Virus record (IMG/VR): IMGVR_UViG_3300045988_025400
Source of the DNA: a virus
Reading direction: 5' to 3' (one strand)
Length of the DNA stretch: 41,551 nt
Below are positions 24,758-32,669 of this stretch, piece after piece; the stretch's first letter is position 1; each line of letters begins with the position of its first letter. The notes beneath the pieces were generated by a model. The model saw nothing but the letters and a program-made list of their open reading frames with translations. It did no database searches and was not told the DNA's origin. Made by a program: the position numbers and the translations under genes.

Positions 24758-25179
24758 ACCTCCCGGATGGCGAATCCGTACCGATTGCGGAACAGCTTTG
24801 CTTTCATGGCATACTCGCGGGTACGCATCCCTTTCACGTCCTCCACCACCGGCAACCAGTGCCGCTGTCCGTAGCTGTCAGGCGCCGTTCTGCGCTCGTA
24901 CACGAAGTCCGCAACGTAGTCGATACTTTTCACCCGGTCGCCCTCAAACGTCGTGTACGCCTCTTGCAAGCAGTATCTTACCTGCAATTTCAGCCCCCGT
25001 ATCTCCCCGGCCTTTTGCAGCAGCATCAGCGCGTCGTAGCGCTCCGCCTCCTTCTTGCTGTCGAAGGTCAGTTTTCCGCGCCGCGTCTTTTGCGCCTTGT
25101 ACTTGCTTGGCTTGCGCATCTTCTCCATGACCTGCTTCTGCGCCGCAGGCCCCAGCCGCATCAGATCCTCACTGTTCAT
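24754..25179 (-). CDS. DUF1064-family protein (putative PD-(D/E)xK nuclease / resolvase-like)
   Basis: FDSKKEAERYDALMLLQKAGEIRGLKLQ...IDYVADFVY...VEDVKG...KAKLF matches the DUF1064 pattern as recalled. Confidence 0.7.
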   Translation of the reverse strand: MNSEDLMRLGPAAQKQVMEKMRKPSKYKAQKTRRGKLTFDSKKEAERYDALMLLQKAGEIRGLKLQVRYCLQEAYTTFEGDRVKSIDYVADFVYERRTAPDSYGQRHWLPVVEDVKGMRTREYAMKAKLFRNRYGFAIREV

Positions 25180-25381
25180 CCAACAACCCTCTTTTCTCCA
25201 GTCCGCGCCTGCTCATGGTGTAGCGCTTGACCGTCGTCATTTTCTGCTCTTTTCCGCAGCGCTGGCACACGCCCTGCGCCCAGCCGTGGAACGCTGGCTC
25301 GATGATGTAATCCGCCGCCATCTCCTGCAAACAGGCCACGCACAGCCGCGCTCTGGCCACGCGCCAGATGCCTTTATCCAT
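25169..25381 (-). CDS. hypothetical zinc-ribbon protein
   Basis: 70-aa ORF with CVAC...CQRC pairs. Confidence 0.5.
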   Translation of the reverse strand: MDKGIWRVARARLCVACLQEMAADYIIEPAFHGWAQGVCQRCGKEQKMTTVKRYTMSRRGLEKRGLLDEQ

Positions 25382-25772
25382 CCAGCGCCTCCTTGGCCTC
25401 CTGCCACGTCATCCCGTGTTCTCGTGCATAGCGGGAGATACGGCCCAGCTTGCGCTCCTTGTGGACGTAGTCCCGCATCCATGCGGTCTTTTTGTCACAC
25501 ACCTGCTGCACAGTGCCGGGAAGCGCAGCCGTGTGGCTTGCAAGCTCCGCCACGCGCTGTTTTATCTGCCCGACAACAGGGGGAAACCCTTTACTGTCAG
25601 ACGCGATAAACGCCCTCACAGCCGCAGCAACGGTGTTGTAGCTGTCCTCGGCGAACATATCCGCCCAAAGCGCCACCACACCCTCCGCGTCCTGCCGCGT
25701 CATGCTTCGGTAGAAGTTCGGGTATGTCGCCTGCAAAACGGCCATGATCTTCAACGTCTCGCCCTGTGTCAT
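25374..25772 (-). CDS. replicative helicase loader/inhibitor-like protein (SPP1 G39P family)
   Basis: ILKIMAVLQATYPNFY...VALWADMF...GFPPVVGQIKQ resembles G39P-type loaders. It follows the replisome organiser. Confidence 0.6.
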   Translation of the reverse strand: MTQGETLKIMAVLQATYPNFYRSMTRQDAEGVVALWADMFAEDSYNTVAAAVRAFIASDSKGFPPVVGQIKQRVAELASHTAALPGTVQQVCDKKTAWMRDYVHKERKLGRISRYAREHGMTWQEAKEALDG

Positions 25773-26404
25773 TGCCTCTCCTCCAGCATTTCCAGAAACA
25801 CGTTGCCGCTTGCCTTGCTCACCGCGCCGTGGTCATCCTTCCAGCGCGTTTCCCAGTTCCGCACGGCGGCTTTCCAGTCCTTCATGCGGTTTTTGCCTAC
25901 CATCCAGCCCTTCTGCTGGTAGAACGACACAAAGCGCTCTGCATTGACGTGATAGCCTTTCTCGCTGACATACACTGCCACGGCTTCAACGGTCGGCGGT
26001 GTGAAGCGCGCCGCGCGTGTATCTCTCTTGCCATCGTCAGATGGCAGAGTATCGGTTTCGGTTTCGGTATTGGTTTCGGTATTGCCATTTTTGCCATTGG
26101 CAGGAATGGCTGTGCTATCTTTGCCATTAGCAAAAATGCCTTTGCCATTTTGCCATCTTGCAGCAGCGCCTGCTTTACCTGCTTCGCTTCTCACAGCGGA
26201 TACATCCTCGTAACTTGCCTTAAACCGATCTTCCTGTGCCATCACGCGCTTGGCATAAAATCTCTCATTGCCACAGAGCGCTATCTTCTCTCCCGTCATG
26301 CTGTATGCCAGCAATGCCCGCGTTAGACGACCGAACTCTGCATCGTTGAGCGCTTCCATCTCCTCTAAATAATCATAGGGGAGGGCAGCATAGTTTCTTG
26401 CCAT
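25769..26404 (-). CDS. phage replisome organiser / replication initiator (conserved phage C-terminal domain)
   Basis: N-terminus MARNYAALPYDYLEEMEALNDAEFGRLTRALLAY and C-terminus FTPPTVEAVAVYVSEKGYHVNAERFVSFYQQKGWMVGKNRMKDWKAAVRNWE. The middle linker is encoded by direct repeats. Confidence 0.8.
   Translation of the reverse strand: MARNYAALPYDYLEEMEALNDAEFGRLTRALLAYSMTGEKIALCGNERFYAKRVMAQEDRFKASYEDVSAVRSEAGKAGAAARWQNGKGIFANGKDSTAIPANGKNGNTETNTETETDTLPSDDGKRDTRAARFTPPTVEAVAVYVSEKGYHVNAERFVSFYQQKGWMVGKNRMKDWKAAVRNWETRWKDDHGAVSKASGNVFLEMLEERQ
26053..26156. repeat. iteron-like direct repeats inside the replisome-organiser gene (candidate origin)
   Basis: TTGCCAT occurs 5 times (26083, 26091, 26121, 26142, 26150). 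GGTTTCGGTATT-type repeats lie at 26053-26082. Confidence 0.5.
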
Positions 26405-26415
26405 TGCGCCACCCC

Positions 26416-26556
26416 TTAGTCCATAAGGGGGGGATCCTTCTTCATCGCCCCGATGACGTAAACGCCGCGCTCCTTGTCCAGCGCCACCTGTACGATGTTT
26501 TCCAGGTGCCGATTCTGCCGCCGCAGACCCTTGATCTCATCCTGCATCTTTCCCAT
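26416..26556 (-). CDS. small coiled-coil protein (46 aa)
   Basis: MGKMQDEIKGLRRQNRHLENIVQVALDKERGVYVIGAMKKDPPLMD. Contains an in-frame homopolymer (plus-strand G7 at 26427-26433). Below the track cutoff. Confidence 0.4.
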   Translation of the reverse strand: MGKMQDEIKGLRRQNRHLENIVQVALDKERGVYVIGAMKKDPPLMD

Positions 26557-26760
26557 TCTTTTCTTCCTTTCTCTCGTACTCGTCCGTCAGGTGCCGTGCG
26601 ATGGTGCAATGCTCCCACGCACCGGCACAGGATTGATTCATGAAGCGGAATGCCGCGCCGCCCGTCTCGAAGCTGACGCGGCTTCCGCCCTCGCAGCAGA
26701 CCGCCATTTCTCGCTGCTGGTGAAGTAGGGGCAGGTGTACCGCTTGTGCCAGTAATCCAT
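26537..26760 (-). pseudogene. small Cys-rich phage protein, apparently frame-shifted (or two tiny ORFs)
   Basis: MDYWHKRYTCPYFTSSEK (ATG 26760, GGGAGGGG RBS) continues sensibly only in the -1 frame from 26707: MAVCCEGGSRVSFETGGAAFRFMNQSCAGAWEHCTIARHLTDEYERKEEKNGKDAG. Confidence 0.4.
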
Positions 26761-26777
26761 GCCGCTTACCCCTCCCA

Positions 26778-27200
26778 TCAGAACGGCAGGTCGCCGTCGT
26801 CCTCGTCGATCTCCAGGAAGTCGGGTCCGGGAACACTGACGCCGCCTGCGGCAGGCTGGGCGAAGCCGTCCTGCGCGTCCTTCCGGCTGTCGCCAAAGTA
26901 GATGTTGTCCGCCAGCACCTCGGCGTTCCGGCGCTTGTTCCCGTCCTTGTCCGTCCAGTCCCGCAGCTGCAAGCGCCCCTCCACCACGGCCATGCGGCCC
27001 TTGGAGAAATACTTGGACACGAACTCGGCGGTGTTGCGCCACGCCACAACGTCAATAAAATCCGTGTCCTTGGTGCCGTCCGCGTTCTTAAAGTCCCGGT
27101 CTACCGCCAGCGTGAAGCTGGTGACGGCGGTGCCGTTCTGCGTCCTGCGCAGCTCCGGATCGCGGGTCAGCCGACCCATGATAAAAATCTTGTTCAGCAT
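26778..27200 (-). CDS. ssb: single-stranded DNA-binding protein
   Basis: OB-fold N-terminus MLNKIFIMGRLTRDPELRRTQNGTAVTSFTLAV and an acidic tail ending DEDDGDLPF. Confidence 0.9.
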   Translation of the reverse strand: MLNKIFIMGRLTRDPELRRTQNGTAVTSFTLAVDRDFKNADGTKDTDFIDVVAWRNTAEFVSKYFSKGRMAVVEGRLQLRDWTDKDGNKRRNAEVLADNIYFGDSRKDAQDGFAQPAAGGVSVPGPDFLEIDEDDGDLPF

Positions 27201-27213
27201 TTCTTATCTCCTC

Positions 27214-27486
27214 TCATAAATAACTTTTGCCGAACTCGCGGCGGAAGTCCTCCTCCGTCCAGCCCTGCTCCTGCATAGCCTTCAGCTGGCCGTAGCGCCG
27301 CAGCCTACGCATCTGGTCGCCGCTCCGGTGTACGGCACTCTTGCCGTTCCGGTGGCACCTGTTGCCGCAGAGCCACACTACCAGGCCGTACTTTTCGCTT
27401 TTCTTGCGGTTCGTCCCGCCAAAAATGTGGTGGCATTCCAACGGGTCGTTTGGGTCACGCCGTCCGCACAGGAAGCACCGTATCAT
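27214..27486 (-). CDS. small HNH-like zinc-finger protein
   Basis: MIRCFLCGRRDPNDPLECHHIFGGTNRKKSEKYGLVVWLCGNRCH.... ATG 27486 overlaps the upstream TGA. The long upstream extension in the ORF track is rejected. Confidence 0.65.
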   Translation of the reverse strand: MIRCFLCGRRDPNDPLECHHIFGGTNRKKSEKYGLVVWLCGNRCHRNGKSAVHRSGDQMRRLRRYGQLKAMQEQGWTEEDFRREFGKSYL

Positions 27487-28022
27487 ACGCTCACCTCTCC
27501 CCACCGGCTCACAAGGGCATCCAGCTCTCGCGGCGTCATAGTCTCGATGCCGACATCCCGGCAATCCTGCACGATGGCGTCTATCAGCCGCGCCATCTGC
27601 TCCGTGTCGTATACGGAGCTGCCGTACCAGACGGTCACGTTCACGCAGCCCTTGATTTTGCTGGGGCCGGTATCGGTCATCCAGCCGATACCGTTCCGTT
27701 CCCAGCTCCGGCAGAACGCCTCCGCCGCCTTTTCCCGCAGGCACAGCACCTCGCTGACGCCGCCGATGCTCTGTATCTCCTGCCGGTATACCTTCTCTCT
27801 TGCAACGCCGTAGTGCGCCGCCAGCTTGTCCAGCAGCACCCACGCATACCCGTTGGCATCGAGGCTCCGTCCCTTGCCCTTGATGGTGGCGGTGTACGCC
27901 TTGCCCGGCTTCAGCGCATCACAGACCTCCATCGCCGCCTCCGGTGACTTCACCCGCAGGCAGAGCCACGCGCCCTCGCTGTCCTGCGACCACCGCGCCG
28001 CGTTAACCGTTACCTGCCGCAT
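27483..28022 (-). CDS. hypothetical recombination-module protein
   Basis: 179-aa ORF with normal composition, in an overlapping chain. Confidence 0.6.
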   Translation of the reverse strand: MRQVTVNAARWSQDSEGAWLCLRVKSPEAAMEVCDALKPGKAYTATIKGKGRSLDANGYAWVLLDKLAAHYGVAREKVYRQEIQSIGGVSEVLCLREKAAEAFCRSWERNGIGWMTDTGPSKIKGCVNVTVWYGSSVYDTEQMARLIDAIVQDCRDVGIETMTPRELDALVSRWGEVSV

Positions 28023-28620
28023 GGTTGGTCTCCGCTCTCATGCAGCCCCAGCAGAGCCGCTTGCCGTACTTCTTTACCGCGTTCTCTACGATCTCGTTGG
28101 TGGGATACACACGATCCCCGCACTTTACCGCCTTGATGGGCAGTCCGCAGAACTCACACAGCACCGGCGCCTCCTGCTTGCTCTCCGGATTGTCATACTT
28201 GCTCCTATCCGCGTCCCAGTACACGTCCGCGCCGAAGCCCAGCGCCTTACACGCTACGGAGATAGCATCCGTCAGCGCCATCTTAAAACACTCGTCGGAG
28301 GTATACAGGCCGTTCTTCTCCTTCGCCACAAATGCGCTGCCGCCCGTGCCGGGGATCGCGTCAGACCACACGCCGTCGGCCTTTACAAACAGGTCAATGT
28401 CCAGAAATGCGGCTACTTCGCCGTTCGCGCCCTGCTCAAGCCGCTTGTCAGTGATGACGTATTTCCATCCAAAGCCGCAGGGGCCGAACGTCTCTGTCAG
28501 CGCCTTAATGCGCCACATGGGGTTGATGTCGGTCTTGCCCTTCAAGCGGCCCGCCTCGATGCGCCTTTTTGCGCTGTCCGGCACACTGCGCACCGCGTTA
28601 TAGATAGCCAGGTTATCCAT
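28003..28620 (-). CDS. Rad52/Sak-like single-strand annealing protein with C-terminal zinc ribbon
   Basis: GRLKGKTDINPMWRIKALTETFGPCGFGW...GTGGSAF...YTSDECFKMALTDAISVACKALGFGADVY resembles Rad52-family phage annealases. C-terminal CEFCG...CWGC. Confidence 0.7.
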   Translation of the reverse strand: MDNLAIYNAVRSVPDSAKRRIEAGRLKGKTDINPMWRIKALTETFGPCGFGWKYVITDKRLEQGANGEVAAFLDIDLFVKADGVWSDAIPGTGGSAFVAKEKNGLYTSDECFKMALTDAISVACKALGFGADVYWDADRSKYDNPESKQEAPVLCEFCGLPIKAVKCGDRVYPTNEIVENAVKKYGKRLCWGCMRAETNHAAGNG

Positions 28621-29111
28621 CACTTCACCCCCATGTTCATCCGCGTCACCAGCTCCGCGCCGTCAATGGCCGTCCCGGCTTTCAGCAGCGACGTGATGTC
28701 GCTCTTGGCTACCGTGGGCGCGGCGTAGGTCACCTTGCCGCCGTATCCGTTGTCCATGCACCATTTCACAAGAGCCTCCATGCTGGTGATCTCCACCTCC
28801 GTGCTCTTGCGGTACGTCACGGAGCATCTTGCCGTCTGGAACGGCGCACCGTCCAGCGCCCGGTCAACGTAGCCCAGCAGCTTGTCCCGCTTGGCTTCCA
28901 GCGCCCTGCGCCGCTCCGCCAGCTCCTTTTCCTCCTCCCGGATGGCCTTGGCCTCCGCCGCCAGATTCTTCGTCCAGCACACGATGCCCTCGATCTTGGC
29001 GTCCCTCGCCATCTGGAGTTCCTCAAAGGCGTCAAAGTCAAGGACTTCGCCGGTCTCGTGGTCGACCAGGTTCTCCAGCGCCTGGTCGATGTGATACAGG
29101 CTCATACCCAT
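28620..29111 (-). CDS. Siphovirus Gp157-family protein
   Basis: Trimmed to ATG 29111 (GGAGGAAAG RBS). MSLYHIDQALENL... with a central coiled coil is typical of Gp157. Confidence 0.7.
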   Translation of the reverse strand: MGMSLYHIDQALENLVDHETGEVLDFDAFEELQMARDAKIEGIVCWTKNLAAEAKAIREEEKELAERRRALEAKRDKLLGYVDRALDGAPFQTARCSVTYRKSTEVEITSMEALVKWCMDNGYGGKVTYAAPTVAKSDITSLLKAGTAIDGAELVTRMNMGVK

Positions 29112-29287
29112 TTTCTTTCCTCCCATGCGTCCACCGCCGTGATGCAGTTGTCGCACCCGACGATCTCGCCGTTCTCGTTTTTGTAGTAGGTGTCCGTCTC
29201 CTCCCCGCACACGGGGCAGACGGGCAGATCGTAGTCCTTCGGCTCTAAGGGCCGCTCCGGTTCCCAATACTGCATCACGCTCCTCAT
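29102..29287 (-). CDS. small zinc-ribbon protein
   Basis: 61 aa with CPVCG...CDNC. ATGA overlap with the upstream gene. Confidence 0.5.
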   Translation of the reverse strand: MRSVMQYWEPERPLEPKDYDLPVCPVCGEETDTYYKNENGEIVGCDNCITAVDAWEERKWV

Positions 29288-29802
29288 ACCGGTCGACCCG
29301 CCGCTTTCAGCACATCCCGCATCGGCTTTCGTGCCTTGAGGATGGACATGGCCCGCGCCGTGTCACGTCTGTACTGCCGGTACAGGTCTCCCAGCTCCTC
29401 CGTCTGGTAGTATCCCTCGCCGTCGTTGCAGATCATCACGCCCTGCCGCTTGGCTTCGCTGACGGCCTTTCGCATCATCCGGTCGGAGGTCTGCATCGCC
29501 GCCGCCAGCTCCGCACGGCTGATGGCGTTTCGCCGCCCGTGGGGGATCAGCGCTGCGATGCGCTCCGTTTCCGCCGTCCGCTGGGGGATTTCGGCCTTGT
29601 CCTCGTCGCCGTACAGATATGCCCGGCTGGTACGCAACGCCGCCTCCAGCGCCGCCAGCACCTCCTCTGTGGGCAGACACACGCCGTTTTCAAACCGGCT
29701 CACCATGCAGGTGTCTATACGGGGATCCACCAGCTTCAGCACACCGCTGACCGCCTCCTGCGTCAGGCCCAGCTCCAGCCGCCGTTCCTTCAATCGGTTC
29801 AT
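29284..29802 (-). CDS. XRE-family HTH regulator with additional C-terminal domain
   Basis: MNRLKERRLELGLTQEAVSGVL...SRFENG is a classic XRE HTH. Confidence 0.7.
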   Translation of the reverse strand: MNRLKERRLELGLTQEAVSGVLKLVDPRIDTCMVSRFENGVCLPTEEVLAALEAALRTSRAYLYGDEDKAEIPQRTAETERIAALIPHGRRNAISRAELAAAMQTSDRMMRKAVSEAKRQGVMICNDGEGYYQTEELGDLYRQYRRDTARAMSILKARKPMRDVLKAAGRPV

Positions 29803-30029
29803 CGTCCTTCCCTCTTTCTTTTTATCACCATTTTGGCCCTCTCGCGCCTTGCGTTGTTCATGCTGTAAAAGTCGATCTCGCTGTACGCCGCGTAGCGCTT
29901 GGCCTTGTCAGCCTTGATGGTCTCCAGATACGCCGCGTACTCCTCGCACTGTCCGTGGCACTTCGGGTGTCTGCTCCGGCAGTCCTTGCAGGGCGTGCCC
30001 ACTCTGTTCGTCAGCCCTACCATTCCCAC
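29799..30029 (-). CDS. small Cys-rich protein
   Basis: 76 aa with CKDCRSRHPKCHGQC. Confidence 0.5.
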   Translation of the reverse strand: MGMVGLTNRVGTPCKDCRSRHPKCHGQCEEYAAYLETIKADKAKRYAAYSEIDFYSMNNARRERAKMVIKRKREGR

Positions 30030-30532
30030 TGCACCATTGCTTTCACCACACCAGCCTGCGCCGCCTCCTCGTGGGTCATCAGCACGTCCACCGTGTAGCC
30101 GTACACTCCGGTGTCGGCTGCTATGTACTCCTTGCCTCCGATAGTCACGGTGCTGCCCAGCGGGATAATGTCCGGGTCAACCGCCACCGCCTCGCCGATG
30201 CAGACCCACCGTCCGGAGGCCGTCAGCACCTGCCCTGCCTCGTTGCGGTTGATGTCCGCATAGGGCGTGCAGCAGGCGCAATATCCGGTGATGTCGCATA
30301 CCAGCAGATTCTCCGGCGGCTTCGCGGCGGACAGCACCGCCGCCTGCACCGCAGTGGGCAGGGGAGGGGGGACGTCCTCCGGCTCCTGTGCCTCCGGCAG
30401 CGTCAGCGCCCAGAGGAGGATGCCGATGATCAGCAGGATCATCAAAGCGTTGAGGATCCAGAGCCGCCTGTTCCACCGCCGCTCACAGCAGCGCTGGGAA
30501 TACTCCCGCGCCCGCCTGTTCCGCTCTCTCAT
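30017..30532 (-). CDS. membrane-anchored 3D-domain protein (putative cell-wall-active)
   Basis: From ATG 30532: basic N-terminus, TM helix LWILNALMILLIIGILLWAL, then ITGYCACC...ASGRW...VAVDPDIIPLGSTVTIGGKEYIAADTG (3D-domain pattern). Confidence 0.7.
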   Translation of the reverse strand: MRERNRRAREYSQRCCERRWNRRLWILNALMILLIIGILLWALTLPEAQEPEDVPPPLPTAVQAAVLSAAKPPENLLVCDITGYCACCTPYADINRNEAGQVLTASGRWVCIGEAVAVDPDIIPLGSTVTIGGKEYIAADTGVYGYTVDVLMTHEEAAQAGVVKAMVQWEW

Positions 30533-30618
30533 CGTCCCAGCGCCTCCACGCCCTTGACGATGGCCCAGCTCAGCCACGCCGCGCCGATAAACGCCAGCGC
30601 CCATGCAAACCAACTCAT
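30529..30618 (-). CDS. 29-aa hydrophobic peptide translationally coupled to the 3D-domain gene
   Basis: MSWFAWALAFIGAAWLSWAIVKGVEALGR. GGAGGAAAC RBS 4 nt upstream. ATGA overlap with the next gene. Confidence 0.4.
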   Translation of the reverse strand: MSWFAWALAFIGAAWLSWAIVKGVEALGR

Positions 30619-30797
30619 GTCGTTTCCTCCTTATGCCTCTGCGTATCATCACAAATCTTTGCTACTCTTTGCCGTTGCAACGCGCTACTTATCTGTCCTG
30701 TGCATATCCCCTGCAATTCTAATCAAGGCGTATCCATGCATCGCCATTGCGTCACCCCGCTAAGCCACGATGTTCTATTCCTTGCATTTCCGTCGCG

Positions 30798-31391
30798 TTA
30801 CGAAATTTCCTCCCAGCGAAAACGCCCTTTCCCGCTGTTTCGCCACTGGCCGATGCCGGAAAACCGTCCATAGTCCAGCCACTCCCGCACGACCTTCTCG
30901 TGGTCATCGCACAGACACACTACGGTGAACTCGCACGCTGCCCCTGCGGGTATCTGCTCGGACAGTGCAAGGCTCACGCGCTCACCCTGCATCGTCTGCG
31001 CCCGCAGCGGGCGGCAGCACTCGCCCATCTCGCCGTCAAACAGAATTGGGATGTTGCGCGGCTCCACAAAAATCAGTTTGTCGATCTCTTTTTTGAACGC
31101 CTTGATGCCACTGGACTTAGTCCCCTTTACCTTTCGCAGTCCGCCGCAGGTGTCCTTGAAGAACCCCTTGATCTGATAGTCGTAGAAAAACGGCGTCCCA
31201 TCGTCCAGTTTCGGGAAGATAGTCTTGCCCTTCTCCACCACGCCATCCACGCCGATGGCAGCCACTTCGTCCTCCATAGTGGCCGCATCCGGGGAATTGC
31301 TTGCCACGAATGCACGATAGATGTCAGGATCGCCAGGGCAAGTGCCCCAAACCGGCTCGGTAAACGTCAGCTTTACTTTAATCTCTTTCAT
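30798..31391 (-). CDS. hypothetical early protein (197 aa)
   Basis: Trimmed to ATG 31391 (CAGGAGGAAAAAGA RBS). Normal globular composition; family not recognised. Confidence 0.65.
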   Translation of the reverse strand: MKEIKVKLTFTEPVWGTCPGDPDIYRAFVASNSPDAATMEDEVAAIGVDGVVEKGKTIFPKLDDGTPFFYDYQIKGFFKDTCGGLRKVKGTKSSGIKAFKKEIDKLIFVEPRNIPILFDGEMGECCRPLRAQTMQGERVSLALSEQIPAGAACEFTVVCLCDDHEKVVREWLDYGRFSGIGQWRNSGKGRFRWEEIS

Positions 31392-31489
31392 TCTTTTTCC
31401 TCCTGTCGAATGTACTCGACCTCGATAATTTCCATTCCGTTCTGCCGTGCCCATAACATCACGGCAATTTCAGCACATGTCATAATCTC

Positions 31490-31518
31490 TTGCCTTTCCT
31501 CTGCGGTCGTGGTATACT
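31490..31518 (+). promoter_or_regulatory. extended -10 promoter reading antisense through the cro-like gene toward the repressor gene
   Basis: TTGCCT (31490-31495), 17-nt spacer ending in TGg, then TATACT (31513-31518). Embedded in the inverted repeat CTGCGG...CCGCAG. Confidence 0.45.
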
Positions 31519-31590
31519 ATCCGCAGAACATTTTGGTAGATGTTTCGGAGATGCCTCGTTCGGTGTGCCAGCACCGGGCGGGGCTTTTTC

Positions 31591-31791
31591 TTACCCATTC
31601 TCAGCGCGTCTGGCGATAATGCTGTCAATCGCCATTTCAATACGCTTCTTTGCGTCCGGTGGCTTTCGATGCCCATTCAGCAGCATACTCACATAAGGCC
31701 GGGAAACGCCAAGCTCTGCCGCTACCTCGTCGTATGTGATTTCGTGAACGTGCATCTTGCCGACCAGCTTGCCTGTCCAACTCTCCAGCAA
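31591..31791 (-). CDS. Cro-like small HTH protein (first gene of the leftward early operon)
   Basis: TTG start 31791, 6 nt after AAAGGAGGG. HTH region: ITYDEVAAELGVSRPYVSMLLNGHRKP. Confidence 0.7.
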   Translation of the reverse strand: MLESWTGKLVGKMHVHEITYDEVAAELGVSRPYVSMLLNGHRKPPDAKKRIEMAIDSIIARRAENG

Positions 31792-31869
31792 ATTTAGCCC
31801 TCCTTTGTTTTTTTGGTGCGCCGCAGGCGAGAATAGTTGCGGTATTCCCGCCTGCGGCTAAATTTGTGG

Positions 31870-31898
31870 TTGCAAAAGTTAACAAAGTATGCTACTAT
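31870..31898 (+). promoter_or_regulatory. rightward promoter candidate (toward the CI-like gene)
   Basis: TTGCAA, 17-nt spacer, TACTAT. The spacer contains the operator-like motif GTTAACAAAGT (31878-31888). Confidence 0.45.
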
Positions 31899-32062
31899 GT
31901 GCTTGCAGGTGACGTCACGACGTCCCTGCCGGGGCTCCGGTGTCCGTTGCGGGAGCATCGGAGCCTCGTTAACTACCGTACCTTCAAGCAATAAAGTAGC
32001 GTTGACACGGATACAATGTATCGGGGTCTGGTTTTTTGTAACGTTTTTCAAGCCACAAGCCC

Positions 32063-32091
32063 ATTATAAACCTAACAAAGTTAACAGTCAA
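32063..32091 (-). promoter_or_regulatory. leftward near-consensus promoter (toward the cro-like gene)
   Basis: Minus strand: TTGACT (32086-32091), 17-nt spacer, TATAAT (32063-32068). The spacer contains TAACAAAGT (32073-32081). A third, inverted copy TTAACAAACT lies at 32104-32113. Confidence 0.55.
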
Positions 32092-32133
32092 GCCAAATTG
32101 TAAAGTTTGTTAAGTTTTGTCGTGTTGCACAAA

Positions 32134-32478
32134 ATGGAGGGCTTATTTTTGTTCTATTCTAACTATGTGAAACTATGCAGCAAACTTAACAAGTCTCCGT
32201 CTGCCGTGGGCGAAGAATTGGGTTTTACCAGAGCGTCTGTAACCGGATGGGGAAACGGTGCAACTCCACGGAAATCGTCTCTTATAAAAATTGCCGATTA
32301 TTTTGGCGTTACCGTCGCAGAACTGATGTCCGGAGTAGGCGAACAAGAAAAAGCCCCCGCCGCAAAGGGCGAGGGCTCAAAAGAAGCTGCATCAAACTTT
32401 ATTAAAGCTACAAATGATCGTGCGGCGTTGTTGGCTCTTATCAACGAAGCCACGAAGAAACTACAGGAGCTGGAATAA
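32134..32478 (+). CDS. CI-like XRE-family repressor (no peptidase domain)
   Basis: YSNYVKLCSKLNKSPSAVGEELGFTRASVTGWGNGATPRKSSLIKIADYFGVTVAEL. Start is ATG 32134 or TTG 32149 (after TGGAGGG). Confidence 0.75.
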   Translation: MEGLFLFYSNYVKLCSKLNKSPSAVGEELGFTRASVTGWGNGATPRKSSLIKIADYFGVTVAELMSGVGEQEKAPAAKGEGSKEAASNFIKATNDRAALLALINEATKKLQELE

Positions 32479-32669
32479 TGCCTACACTATATCCTACCGA
32501 TCCGCAAGACTGGCTGCGAACGGAAGCGGAACGGAAAGACAAAGAACAGGAGCGCAAAGAAAAAGCCGACAAGGAGCGCCGTGAGAAAACACGGTTTATT
32601 ATTACAACTGTTCTTTTGGCTGTTGCGGCAATCGCTGCTGTTGCAGGAGTGATAATTCAACTTGCTTGA
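32478..32669 (+). CDS. small tail-anchored membrane protein co-translated with the repressor
   Basis: TAATG overlap with the repressor stop and an AGGAG RBS. Charged K/E/R N-terminus, then TM helix FIITTVLLAVAAIAAVAGVIIQLA. Confidence 0.6.
   Translation: MPTLYPTDPQDWLRTEAERKDKEQERKEKADKERREKTRFIITTVLLAVAAIAAVAGVIIQLA

Noticed and set aside
26537-27843. Long minus-strand ORFs 26537..27055, 26638..27042 and 27214..27843, overlapping ssb and its neighbours
   Set aside because: Only their 3' ends make sense (small Cys-rich gene; HNH-like protein from ATG 27486). The upstream parts are Arg/Gly-rich read-through in alternative frames of ssb and the 179-aa gene.
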